Source: Gnetum montanum
Taxonomy: Eukaryota; Plantae; Gnetophyta
Direction of reading: 5' to 3'
Length of the DNA: 64,000 nucleotides
Assembly (NCBI GenBank): GCA_015680685.1
Contig: MNCI01001077.1
Span: forward strand, 675,037-739,036
Shown here: positions 13,342-25,390 of the stretch, one piece after another
Layout: every line of letters begins with the position of its first letter
How positions within the stretch are numbered: the stretch's first letter is position 1
The notes under the pieces: model-generated
Told to the model about the DNA's origin: nothing
Seen by the model: the letters and a program-made list of their open reading frames with translations, nothing else
Database searches by the model: none
Translations under genes and position numbers: made by a program

Positions 13342-13865
13342 AGCACCCTTCATCCGAAACGACGTTAAACTACATACAGTCCGAAATGACATTAAACTAT
13401 AATAGAGCCAAGAACATTATTAAACAACACCCTTTGTCTGGAAAGACGTTAAACTATCACGTCCATAATGACATAAAGCTAGCCACGATCAGAAATGGTC
13501 GGTCCACCAAGAAATTTATCCGCTGTATCCAAAATATTGCTCGTTTACAATGGGGCCCAGAATGGCCTTAAACTAGGCATAGTGGCCCAAAATGGCCTTA
13601 AACTAGTGCATACCCTGTTTTCCTTTTTACGTACCATTTATCATTATTTCAGTGCATTACATTTAAATAGAAAAGCAAATCCAAAAACATCTTAACATCG
13701 TGTCGTGTGTGCAACCAAATTGAAAATCAACAAAAAATTTCTTACATACAACATTGTTTAATTACAAGTTTCAACTGTTTTCATCCGTTTCAGAATTTCC
13801 AAATCACATTTTTCATATAAATCTGAATCAAACAAAAAAAAAACAAAAACTCAAAAATCAAAACA

Positions 13866-16800
13866 CTAAACATCCGAGGCGGGAGGGTCATCCTCTCTAG
13901 AACCACCAGCGTCAGGGGCCCTTGCTCCACTGGGGCCCGCCTTTTGAGCATCATCACCACCTTTATCTTAGGAACAAACAACCAACATAAGAATAAGCGA
14001 ATGCCAAAATGGTAAACGTTATCCAATGAATTAACTCCATAAGAACAAAACACTTACCATAGGAGATCCCCCTAAGCCGAACTCTAGCCGACGAAGGATT
14101 TCTTCCTCAGGAACACTGGCCCAGTCCGTCCCATCCAGGCCTAAGTCAATGTCTGCCAAAGTCTTCCCTTTGTCGACAGCTGACTAGGTGGGATGTTTCA
14201 ATGGAAATTCTCCAACCGACACTTTCCCAGATGCAGTAGGTGACTCCATTTCCATAGTTGTATTCTGTGTAAAAGTATCGAAGGCCGAACGCAAGCCTAA
14301 ACCCTCCACAAATATTTCTAGTTGGTGCTTTTCGATGAACACCTCTTTTAGCAACCTCTTGTAGTAATGTTTATGATTCTTCTCGTCCTTACCCCACTTA
14401 TGAACCTTAGAAGCAAACGCCTTCCAATCTTGACACTTAAGGTTCAGGAGATCAATTTGAGCTTTGTGTTCTTCCATTCTCCAAGTCAAGGATGCATGAT
14501 GATTCAAAAGGTTCCAATACCTGGTGTATGTAACCTCTGATGTTTGCCAAGAGCGATCGCCACTTAGTCTAGCAGCGGCGAACTCATATCGAGCCTTTAA
14601 CCCGTCACGTTCCTCTGACAATTCGGAGACTTCCTTCTCTTTTGCCTGTATTTGTAGCCACAACTGCTCAATGGAACGCCTGCAAGTCCATAATGACTTA
14701 GCATGGTGCACAAGGCTTTCTGCAACTCCCTCATAAACAGGCCTTGGCACCTACTCCACTTTAGGGGAGAGTGTGGTTACGCTTTCCATGCTAACTCTTT
14801 CTGAGGGATCCCATCTTAGTTTAGCACCTACCCATGCGAAAAATACAAACGTCAAAACTATACAAGCAAGATGCGAAGCTCCAAAGCTTTAAGTGATTCA
14901 TACCTATATCAGGGTGGGGTTCTTGGATCCGTTCAATGACTTACTCCATGATGCTAGCCACAAAATCCCGCTTACTTGGCATTTCTGACCAAATAAGTGG
15001 CTCACGGGTACGAGAAGAACTGACCTCAGCGGTCCTCTCAGGAGGAACCGTCTTCATTGGTACGTCCAAGCGCACCGTTTTGGTCTCACTACCTTCATCT
15101 GGACAGAATAAAAAACACATAAAATAAACAAAAATATAACCCACAAAAAAGGACAACTGACAAGAGAAATCGAAACAGGATAAAAGGAAAAACATACCGT
15201 GCCCTTCATCATCCCCTGGGGGAGTGCCTAAATCCAAATCTCCTTGAAGAAAACTGTGGAACATTTGGTCGACACTACCTTGGTCATCCAACGGCTTAGT
15301 TCCTGTAGTTTTCTCCCTTAACTCCTCCGTCCTGCCACCTTGACTCGTTTCTGTATGCTCCTCCTCGTTGTTTTTCTCCGTATTGGTTTCCTCCTCCTCC
15401 GTGATTGTCTCTAAAGCCTGTTTCCTTACTGTTTTAAAAATCAAGTCAAAGGAAAAATATATCAATGACACATAAGCGATTGAGGTGAAAGTTATAAATA
15501 GAATAAAAACACTAAAGTAATAAGTAGGTGAGTTCCGCTCACTAGGCATCTTGAAGCGTATCCACTTCATGCGTGGCTGGCTCACACTGGAAACGTCCTC
15601 AGCCGGGCGCTCAGGCCTCTTTAGCTTTGCTTTAGCTTGGCCGATGGTTTCCTTGATGACCCGTTCTACCCTTCTAGCAGTGTAAGGCAGCTCATCTGCC
15701 TCCAACCCCACACTATCACGTGTATGGATTGAACCGCCAGATGATCCTCCCGTAGTAACAGAAACAGATTCATCGATACCTTCGGGTGCATTTTGGGATT
15801 TAGCTGTGTCATACAGGTGATGGATCCACAGGTGGGATAGTTGACCCCGATCCCGCAGGACAAACTTGTTATCTGTGCGAACTACCAAGAACTTGGCAAA
15901 ATGGCAAAGATAACCAGTGAAAAATGCAAAGGTGAAATGGGATTGCGCATTGACATTCGAGCGTAATCGCACTATCTCTTTGTGCATGCCCGCCAATAAA
16001 AATTTTGCCCAGTTGTATCGCATCCCTGTTTCCAAAATAGTTCGCATCACACGAACAACCTCAACCCCAAGGCACCTCACCTGGGAAAGTGTTTTGGGGA
16101 ATACCTATGCTCTGAATAGGGGATATAGTTCATTCACTTCTACAACCTTCGCCTTCCCCTGCATCAGGAATCCCTTGGTACCCTTTGCCACGCCTAGCCA
16201 GTCCTCCAATTCCCGGATCATCTGGAGCTCTTTATGAGTTCTGTCTAATACTACATTCAGGCCATCCGCTGGTACGCCAAATAGGTCCAAGAAGAACTTG
16301 GGTGACAGATGGAAAACTACCTTCACACCCTTAATCTGGGTGTTGTAGTATGTGACAGACTCATTAAAGGAGTCTACAATCCCGATCATCTCCCTAATGG
16401 AAAAATCAGGACTCGGCGTCATAAAAAGCTCCATGAGCCCAGCATCATCTAGGCAACGAGCGAGGGATGGAGGAGCATGATTCTGCAACCACTTTTGGGC
16501 CTTAGCCACCCCTCCGAACTTCATTGATAAAGTCGACTCGATTCATCCGGTGGTCACCGGATCCTCACTAGAAGGGATATTAACTATAAAAGCAATGTAA
16601 AGTTGTTATATCAGTGTAAATCCAGGCAATTGGACGAACCTACTAACATATCTAAGAAGTGTTATCATTTACCATCGGTGGTAGATCTAGATGTGCTGCC
16701 AAGATCATGAGAGAAAATTGGCCCATTGTCATTCTAGTCTTCGTGAAGCCACCCATGAGCCTTGCACATCGCAAACACTCTGGAGAACTACTTGTGAAAG

Positions 16801-18137
16801 TGGACCATCGAACCCTTTGTTTGCTTCAGCACAGTCCCACGAAGGTTAGGGCCCGTCAAAAATGCTTCCAGAGTTGTGTGAGCAAGGGCTAATCCTTCAT
16901 CTTCAATGAGAGTCCCATCCAGGTGAGTCTTCGGCCTGTAAGCAAATATGGGTCATAACAAGAAGCGAGCATTGAACGGCGAAAGGAAACAGTCAACTGA
17001 AACATGCCTACCTGGCCACTCGATACACCGTGCCAGGAGGGTTCTAGAATAATGTATGTGCGGGGGTAGCTATGAACAACGTATTGTTGAGATAATCCAG
17101 CCCCTGCGGAAATAATGCCCACACGCACGTTAATGGGCGTGTGGCCCGGGGCCCGTGCGTAGTACCATCTTCGTTAACAAAATGTCCCTCGTCAATGTCT
17201 TGTATAAAAACCATGACACCCTCCGCAGCAACCGGAAGCATCTCTTCAAGCACACTTCGTGCTATCACCTCATCAAAGTTTGATCAGATGGCCACCTCAA
17301 ATTTGTCCAACAGGAAGGATAGAAACCCACATGCGCCTCCCCAGAACCAAACGCCGTCATCATCCACAGTCAGATCCGTGGGAACCTCTTCATCTTCAAT
17401 GGGGCCAACCCACATCAATACCCCAACGAGCTCAACGACAATAAGAAAATGTTTGCTGTCCCTACAGCCAATCGCGACGCTACAATCAATCAGCCATGCT
17501 TCGAAACAACCCGAGAGACGAAAATCACATTATGGATCAATGCTCAAAAATTGAAAAATTTTCTAACTCTTAAACTCAGCGTATACGCTGCATATAGAGC
17601 GTATACGCCGACCAACACTTAGTGTAAAAATGCAATTCAAAACTCAGCGTATACGCTAGCTAGCTCAGTGTCTATGCTAGCCAGCTCAGCGTCTACGCTA
17701 GCCAGCTCAGCATCTACGCTGACAACAATCTGCTTTACGCTGACGCCCGAACCCATTCATGTACAACGTACACGCTGAGCAAACCCTCGGCGTATGCGCC
17801 TTAAATAGAAGTTACACCGACAATAAATAAATTACGCTGACAAACATTTTGCCAATAAAAGCTGTCTACGCTTCACAGTTACGCTCAGTGTATACGTCGA
17901 AAACCCTTATGCTGATACCCTTCTACGCTCGGTGTATACGCCGAGACCGTCTACGCTACAAACAAAAAATAGCATAGAAACAATAGAGGCAGGAATCAGA
18001 GCCTACCTATGAGACGTCACAGGCCACGATGGGATCTTTGTCCTGGGCAGGCCGTGCAGCATAGCCTCCTTCTCTTCCGCAAAGGTCAAGTCAGGACCCT
18101 TCCTGCCCTGGCCCTCCACTTCATTCCCCTTGCCCAT
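13866..18137 (-). pseudogene. Antisense 8-exon accessory gene of A (HAD/FCP1-like, PMD/Transposase_32-like, coiled coil)
   Basis: ATG at 18137 (MGKGNEVEGQGRKGPDLTFAEE), donor at 18006. Approximate further exons: 17500-17012, 16936-16673, 16583-15544, 15428-15199, 15099-14906, 14828-14059, 13961-13866 (TAG). Covers ORFs 17044..17268, 16105..16524, 14941..16080 and 14184..14750. Confidence 0.8.
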
Positions 18138-18392
18138 CTCGGATTGTCTACACTGTCGATGTAAGTTTACGCTGGACAACTATCTATGGTGGCGCTCACA
18201 GGTTTACTCTTCGGTGTCTATGCTAAGGCCCTCCGCATCTACGCTGGAGTTTAATCTTAGGCGTCTACGCTAGGGTCTCTTGTTGGCGTCTACGCTGGGA
18301 GGCAGGTTTACGCTTACACTTACGCTTTAGCAGGTGGTGCTCTGTCGCTTACGATGTCGCTTTCAAAGTAAGAAACAAATGGACCCCCCGTC

Positions 18393-18403
18393 CCTTTATA
18401 TAG
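18393..18403 (-). promoter_or_regulatory. TATA box of A's accessory gene
   Basis: CTATATAAAGG on the minus strand, ~255 nt upstream of the ATG. Equivalent boxes occur in C (31463-31472) and D (42661-42670). Confidence 0.65.
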
Positions 18404-18802
18404 CGCTCAGATGACGCTGACGCTGACGCCGCCACCGCTTACGCCGCCACCGCTTACGCCGCTGTTGCTCCATTTTTTGCCTTTTTTGCTTATTTTTTCA
18501 CCAAAATTTGCCCAATAAAAATTAAAAATTAATTAAAAACAGAGGTTATTGCATCTGGTTTCTCCATAGACCCCATTTTGCACGTTTACGCTAGTTTAAA
18601 CTACCATCATGGCCTGGTACGGCCTTAAACTACCATTTCCCCATCCGATTGTGGCCCGGTACAACCTTAAACTATCATGCATCCAGGTGTGACGATAATC
18701 CACCATCATACACGTACACATAGTTCAAAAATTACTAAAATACATAGAACAATTCCCCCCTTTGCTCACGTGGCTCTCCATTTATTGGCAAAAGCAAGCT
18801 CA

Positions 18803-21800
18803 ATGGACTGTACGCATTTAACCGCGCCGTTGATCATTGATGAACCATTCAGCCATATCACGTGGGACATTAATGTAAACTGCATCAACTTAGGTTCACC
18901 AACGGACGACATGTTCAGAGCCTCAACATGGCAAGCCATAGAAGATTATGAAGGTATGATGAAATTCCTTGACATAGAGGCCGAAAACATCGCCGAAGAC
19001 CCATTAGCTGAAAGCCCCATTACCATGCCTGATGGGGAAATCAAAGTATTAAAATTAAGCGCATTACTACAACCAAAACTAGCGAAAGACATTGAGAATG
19101 TACTTAGGGAAAACATGAAAGCATTCGCTTGGTCCTATACGGACATGCCTTGGCTAGATCCTAGAATTGTCCAACATAATATTATTCTCGACCCCAAACT
19201 AAGACCAGTAAAACAAAAGGCACGAAAAGTTAGACCTGAGGTGGCATTGGCAGTTCGCAATGAGATCACCAAGCTTTATCAAGTTGGTTTCATTCAAGCC
19301 GTTGATTATGCCGAGTGGGTGTCAAACATGGTCATCGTCCCGAAGAAAAATGGAAGCATTCGCTTATGCATTGACTTCCGAGATTTAAATGTAGCAACCA
19401 TAAAAGATGACTTTCCCCTGCCCAGCATTGATCAGCTCATTGACTCGACTACTGGACATGCCTTGCTATCTTTTATGCATGGCTTTTCGGGATACAACCA
19501 AATATGCATCAACCCGGAACATCAACTTCGAACCACCTTCATGACCCCATGGGGAACTTTTTGTTACACCATGATGCCCTTTGGTCTCCAGAATGCAGGG
19601 GCCACATATCAAAGAGCAATGACGTTTATCTTTAGTGATTATATGCTACGGTCACTCAACGATTATTTGGATGATATCGTAGTTAAGTCAAAAATGACCG
19701 AACAACATATACAAGACCTCGACTTAGTCTTAAACCGTTGTTTAAAGTACGAACTAAGACTTAACCCAAAAAAGTGTGTCTTTGGTGTCAAAACAAGAAA
19801 AATGCTCGGATTCATAACCTCTAAAGCAGGGATACGAGTAGACCCCGATAAGGTTAAAGCCATAACAAATCTGAAACCCCCGAGCAACCTTACCGAACTC
19901 CGAGGCCTGCAAGGTAGACTACAATTCATCAGGCGGTTCGTAGAAAAATTAATGGACACACTCAGAGCTATGAATCATCTGTTACGTAAAAGCACCCATT
20001 TTGAATGGACTCTGTAGTGCCAAGAAGCATTCAAAACCATCAAAACAGCACTTGCCCAACTGCCTACGATTTACCCGCCCCAAAACAACAAACTGCTTTA
20101 CATCTACCTTGCCACTTCATAATCATCCATCGCGTCTATGCTTTGCCAAAAATGAGATGATGGAACTGAGGTCCCTGTATACTACTTGAGTCATGCCTTA
20201 ATTGCCCATGAAAAGAAGTACAATGACATGGAGAAGTCATGTTTAGCTTTAGTCTTTTCTCTAAGAAAATGGCGACATTACCTCTTCCGTAATCAAGTCT
20301 TCATAATCTGTAAGGACAATGTACTGAGAGCTATAACAGAGAACATTTATGAAACGAGTCGAATAGCCTGGTGGAAAGCCATGATAGCTGAGTTTGACCT
20401 ATATTACGTAGCGCAATCATCAGTCAAGGGTTCAGCCATAGCAGATCAAATGGCCACATCACCAATGCGTGATCAAGCAACCATAGACCTAGAATTCCCA
20501 AATGAGAACATAAACACCATAGATATAGTGCCCCAAGATTATGACGCCATCCTAAACTTTGATGGAGCATCCACCTCTCGAGGAGGAAGTGCGGCCACTG
20601 TCATCACCTATCCCTCCGGGGAGAGCCAACCCTTTGCCTACCGCTTCAACTTTCATTGTACAAATAACATAGCAGAGTACGAAGGTCTCCTTAGAGGCCA
20701 CGTGGCCGCGCTGGCTTCAGACATCACACGGCCTGTAGTCAGAGGGGGTTCACAACTAGTCCTAAACCAAGTCACAGACGTCTACACATGTAAAGCTTAA
20801 CATTTACAACCATACTGCGATTTGGCGAAACACTTAATAAGGCATTTCGAAAGTATGGAGGTGCAACACATTTCCAGAAATGACAATACTATTGCAGATG
20901 TGTTAGCAACCTTAGCATTAAATATCTCACCTGACATGTTTCACACATTGTCGAGCTCCATAACCAATTGCGCTGAATCCATCACCGACACCCTTAACAC
21001 GTTGCCAATTACATCTGTTAGTACAGCACACGCAATAGAATGGTACGATGACATAAAAGAATACCTTCTACGTTGTGAAACACCACAACATCTAACGAAT
21101 GCACAAAAGGACGCCGTACGAAAACGTTCTAGGCAATACACCCTCGTAGGGGACACACTATGTCGTCGATCCTACGAAGGCATATTGCTAACATGCGTTA
21201 GTAGCAATGACCCCAAACAATAGCTAAACAAATACATGAGGGGCTATGCGGAGGACACATAGCACCAAAAGCCATGGCCACGAAAATAAGATAATTAGGC
21301 TATTATTAGCCGCATATGGAATATGACTGTCTCTCAAAGGTTAAAACATGCGACATTTGCCAAAAGCATAGTAACCTAATCCACGTCTCACCAAACAAGT
21401 TGCATCCAGCGAAAATCATGTGGCCCTTCCAAAAATGGGAATTGGATCTTATTGGCCCGATAACACCCTCATCATCGGCAGGGCATGGTTTCATCATAAC
21501 AACCACTAAATATTTCATGAAGTGGGTAGAAGCTGTTCCCCTCCAAAAAACCACATCTAAACACATGTGTAACTTCATCCTTGAAAACATAGTAACCTGT
21601 TTCGGCATTCCCATGACAATCATCACTGATAACGGGCCACAGTTCAGTAGTGCCGAAACCCAAACTTTTTGTGACAGTCTAGGGATCAAACACTCGTTTT
21701 CCTCCCCTTACTATCTTCAAAGCAATGGGCAAGAAGAAGCAACAAATAAGATGATCATTACAATACTTAAGAAAATGCTAACCTAGAGCAAAAGGAAATG

Positions 21801-21945
21801 GCACGAGCAATTAATCTACGCATTATCGGCATACCACACAACACACCGAACGTCAACAGGTAAGACACCGTACAGTCTTGTTTATGGTTCAGAAGCTGTT
21901 TTACCTTTGGAACTGCAGGTACCATCTTTAAGGATCACACTTTCT
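18803..21945 (+). pseudogene. pol: pol of A: RT, degenerate RNase H, archaeal-type RNase H (aRH), integrase
   Basis: RT: RLCIDFRDLN, MPFGLQNAGATYQR, YLDD. RH: EKSCLALVFSLRKWRHYL. aRH: FDGAS...TNNIAEYEGL...SQLVLNQV...NTIADVLA. INT: HEGLCGGH...CDIC, WELDLIG, TDNGPQF, SNGQEE. Runs into the N gap. Confidence 0.93.
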
Positions 21946-22221
21946 NNNNNNNNNNNNNNNNNNNNNNNNNNNNNNNNNNNNNNNNNNNNNNNNNNNNNNN
22001 NNNNNNNNNNNNNNNNNNNNNNNNNNNNNNNNNNNNNNNNNNNNNNNNNNNNNNNNNNNNNNNNNNNNNNNNNNNNNNNNNNNNNNNNNNNNNNNNNNNN
22101 NNNNNNNNNNNNNNNNNNNNNNNNNNNNNNNNNNNNNNNNNNNNNNNNNNNNNNNNNNNNNNNNNNNNNNNNNNNNNNNNNNNNNNNNNNNNNNNNNNNN
22201 NNNNNNNNNNNNNNNNNNNNN
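21946..22221. other. Assembly gap (276 N)
   Basis: Run of n between the integrase and a tandem array. Confidence 0.99.
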
Positions 22222-22545
22222 ACTATAAACTGATACCACAGAAAAGTCCTGGAATTACGACTATAAACTAATACCACAGAAAAGTCCTGGACCATGACTT
22301 GAAACTGATACCACAGTGTCCGCAAGGACAATGAGCTAGCATCCGTTCGGCATGACAGCAAACTGCCACCGTCCTAACCCTTCAAGTCCACTAAGACTAT
22401 AAACTAGCTTGTCTCTCCATAGTCCACTACGACTAGAAACTGGCAATGTAACGTCCGCCAAGACTCTAAACAGGCAATGTCCAATGGGTTATGACATAAA
22501 ACTAACCCATGATAGTCTGCCAGGATCATAAACTGGCAAGTTCAC
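22222..22545 (+). repeat. ~38-bp tandem repeats downstream of the integrase in A
   Basis: GACTATAAACTGATACCACAGAAAAGTCCTGGA units that decay rightwards. Same family at 32780-33080. Confidence 0.8.
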
Positions 22546-23574
22546 TTCCGGCACATCAATCCACTGCCATGATCATCCATGAGCTTCATTGCATCACCCG
22601 TCATCAATTGCCCTTATCAGTACGGCTATCATCTACATACAGTGCTTGTCGTCCTTCAGCATCTCTGTGCCATCGGTAGCCGTGTAAGTCTAAGCTCATC
22701 TATTTACTTATGGTTTTTCTTGTCTCCTCGAAGTTTTGTTTGCAGGATGACACCCAGAATTTTTGCACAAGAATGCATTTCGTCACGAGCAGCAAGATAA
22801 GACAATGTTCAAAGCATACCCAGCGAGACTAAATCAAACCATTCACCAGTACATCCCCATTCATCGATGAATTCTCTATCCTTCACCAGTGCATTTTATT
22901 CAGCCACACCCTTGACACATCTAGTATAATCAAAACAACGAGCACACTGTGGCACACTACAAAACGTTACAGCAGTTGCGACACACAGCCTGACACCTGA
23001 GCATGAATACAAAAAAAAAATTGAGACCTCTGGCACTTTCCATACAAGCCCCAGGCAGGAAGGTAGTTGTCTCAAAACCAAGCATTCATGTCCAAATCGG
23101 TCAAGAAGCATCCAGTTGCATGGCTTTGGCTCCCCGCCAACAAGTTCCCTCTGAACATTAAACATGGGCCCTGTTCTCCCAAAGAATCTAATACACCCTC
23201 CCGTGGTTTTGACCTTGCCAACAAGTTCTCTTAAAAACTAACCAAGAGCCTTGTTCCCCCAAAGGATGCACATCGCGTGTCTGCACTCCGAGTTTGCTAA
23301 ATCCTGGCTATTGATAAGGATCAGCATGCCACATACCCAAGCATTCCTTGTTCACAACACAATTCCTCAAGTAGTCGTCACTCCCCACAATCTCTTCCCT
23401 TCCACCAGGTACAAATTTTCACTCACCAGATCCCATGTACTAGTGAACACAGTGCGATGACGTCTCGTCAAGTCGCAGCGGGCAATGTCTTCATCAAGTT
23501 GCTTGTGGTGTTTTGCACTTCTTTGTCGACGCTTCTCGGGTCGATTCCTCCAAGCATCAACAAAGAGCGGCCAA

Positions 23575-24870
23575 TGAAACACCACAAAATTTAGAGCTCA
23601 GTATTTGTTAGACACCAAGAAGGACCTTGAGACCCACGAACGACATCGACTGCATGAGATGTGACATACGACAACCTTGGGGATCGAAACGCTTAATTTT
23701 CACTAAGTGTGCAGTACCAGCGTATATGCCCGGCGTATACGCCCAGCAGTACCAGCGTATACGCTCGGCATATACGCCCAGCAGTACCAGCGTATACGCG
23801 CAGTAGTACCAGTGTATACGCCCTACATGCACGCTTGACACTCCTAGCGTATACACCCTAGCATGGACATCCGGCCCACATGCCCGATGTACACGCCTTG
23901 ACTGTACGCCACAGATGCACACGCCCGATGATGAAGTCTCAATGACAGCATGTAGATAACACCAAAGAGCAACGATTGAAGCAAGTGGACATCCTTCAGC
24001 GTATACGCCCAGTGTATACGCCTGGCATCCTCCAGCATATATGCCCTACACCCCCAGCATATACGCCCTACATCCGCCAGCGTATATGCCCGGCGTATAC
24101 GCCCAGCGCAGCATCTCCACCCAAGTTCATACGCCCGCCTCATTCAGTGTATACGCCGCCTCACACGGCGTATACGCCCGACAGATGTAATATATTGTAT
24201 TTTTGTAAAGTGTGTGCACTCGGTCAACACGCCACATGTCTCCTAACCCGAGTCTAGCATAACAACCTGTATATAAACCTCGATTTCCCACTTCATAAAG
24301 GGCGGTTGGCAAAATCCCGGAGCACACCAGAGAACATTTACGCTGCGCACAAGAGTCGAAACCATCTTATGCTGGAGAGCCCTGTATGTTGTACACACAG
24401 TCTCTACGCTCCGCCTGTCTTGCGAACCAGCCGAGTCATTCCTGCATACGCCGTGGCTTTTTGTCCGCCTTGTGTCCCTCACAACTGTGTTAGACCGGTG
24501 CACTGTACTTTGACTCTGTAATACCATTGTTTACATTTGCAGGACAAGATTGTTTACATTTTATAGTTTTACATCAACTTGGCCCACGCATTCTGTTCAC
24601 GCTCGTTTACGCTCACGCTCTGTTCGCATTTGTTTTACGCCGTTTACGTTTGGTTCACGCTCGCTACATCGTTTACGCATAACCTAGCATATAGCACTTT
24701 GTGTACGCGTGGGAAAATCCTTGTCTGATCTACGTGCGGACCACCCAAGGTACTCTACCTTCGTGCATTCTAGCTCACCCTCAGGCACAGGCAGGGTCTT
24801 CTGTTCTCATCCTGCGATCTCATGGTCTCTGTTTCCTTCCAGCCAGAGACCGACGATTTCAGGCGGTACA
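23575..24870 (+). repeat. 3' LTR of A, preceded by the PPT AAAGAGCGG (~23562-23570)
   Basis: Direct repeat of 7564-8872 with TG...CA ends. Confidence 0.93.
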
Positions 24871-25151
24871 GGAACGAATTCCTCCTCGTTGCAATAAGCG
24901 AACTCGAAGCTACATTTTTCTTTAAGTTCATGTAAATAGAAGGGTAGGTTAGACTACACCTTTATACAAAGAAAACTATAATGCTCATGCTGCTGGGCTA
25001 GCCCCTCAGGTCCTCGATTTTGGATCCCGAGAGACCAGCATGCTTCTGGCATTGGATCCAACCATTGTTTGGCACCAGTAGTTCCTTGGACCGTGAAGGG
25101 CACCTTCGTGTTGGAGGCACCAACGGAAGTAGTGGCAGAAGCCATCATCAA
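24871..25151 (-). pseudogene. gag: N-terminus of B gag, separated from the rest by insertion A
   Basis: ORF 24954..25151 is homologous to the D gag start (51299..51490) and to the RRSLRLQ...YNFIC motif of A and C. Confidence 0.75.
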
Positions 25152-25390
25152 GCAAGTGATTATGCAAAAAAATGCTAGAAAATGTAGAACAACAGAAGGA
25201 TTTAAGAAAAGACAAGATGTGGCTTTATGTCATGTAGGATCTCGAAGGGATCATCGAGGTGACCGACCTACACCACACAAGACGCAAACAACCTCAAAGG
25301 GTGTCATGTTTTGACCTATGCTGGCTAGGGTGCAAGATGCATGTAGGACTACTGTAAATAGAAGAGGCAAGTTAAATCACCATTCAAAGG

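Larger units (their letters stand above)
7564..24870 (+). mobile_element. Element A: near full-length Tat-lineage LTR retrotransposon inserted in the gag of B
   Basis: Paired TG...CA LTRs, near-TSD GGAGC (7559-7563) and GGAAC (24871-24875), PBS, PPT, gag-PR, antisense gene and pol. Contains assembly gaps at 13013 and 21946-22221. Confidence 0.9.

Noticed and set aside
13866-18137. Host gene interrupted by TEs, or an env gene
   Set aside because: It recurs at the same internal position in five elements, so it travels with them. The apparent transmembrane stretches in ORF 14941..16080 are translated T-rich introns.
20020-20930. Two RNase H domains as a novelty
   Set aside because: A degenerate RH followed by aRH is the established hallmark of Tat elements.
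21882-22361. ORFs spanning the poly-X stretch
   Set aside because: Artefacts of the N gap.
22222-22545. Possible repeat-spacer array
   Set aside because: A decaying head-to-tail ~38-bp tandem repeat with no unique spacers. Tandem repeats 3' of INT are common in Tat elements.
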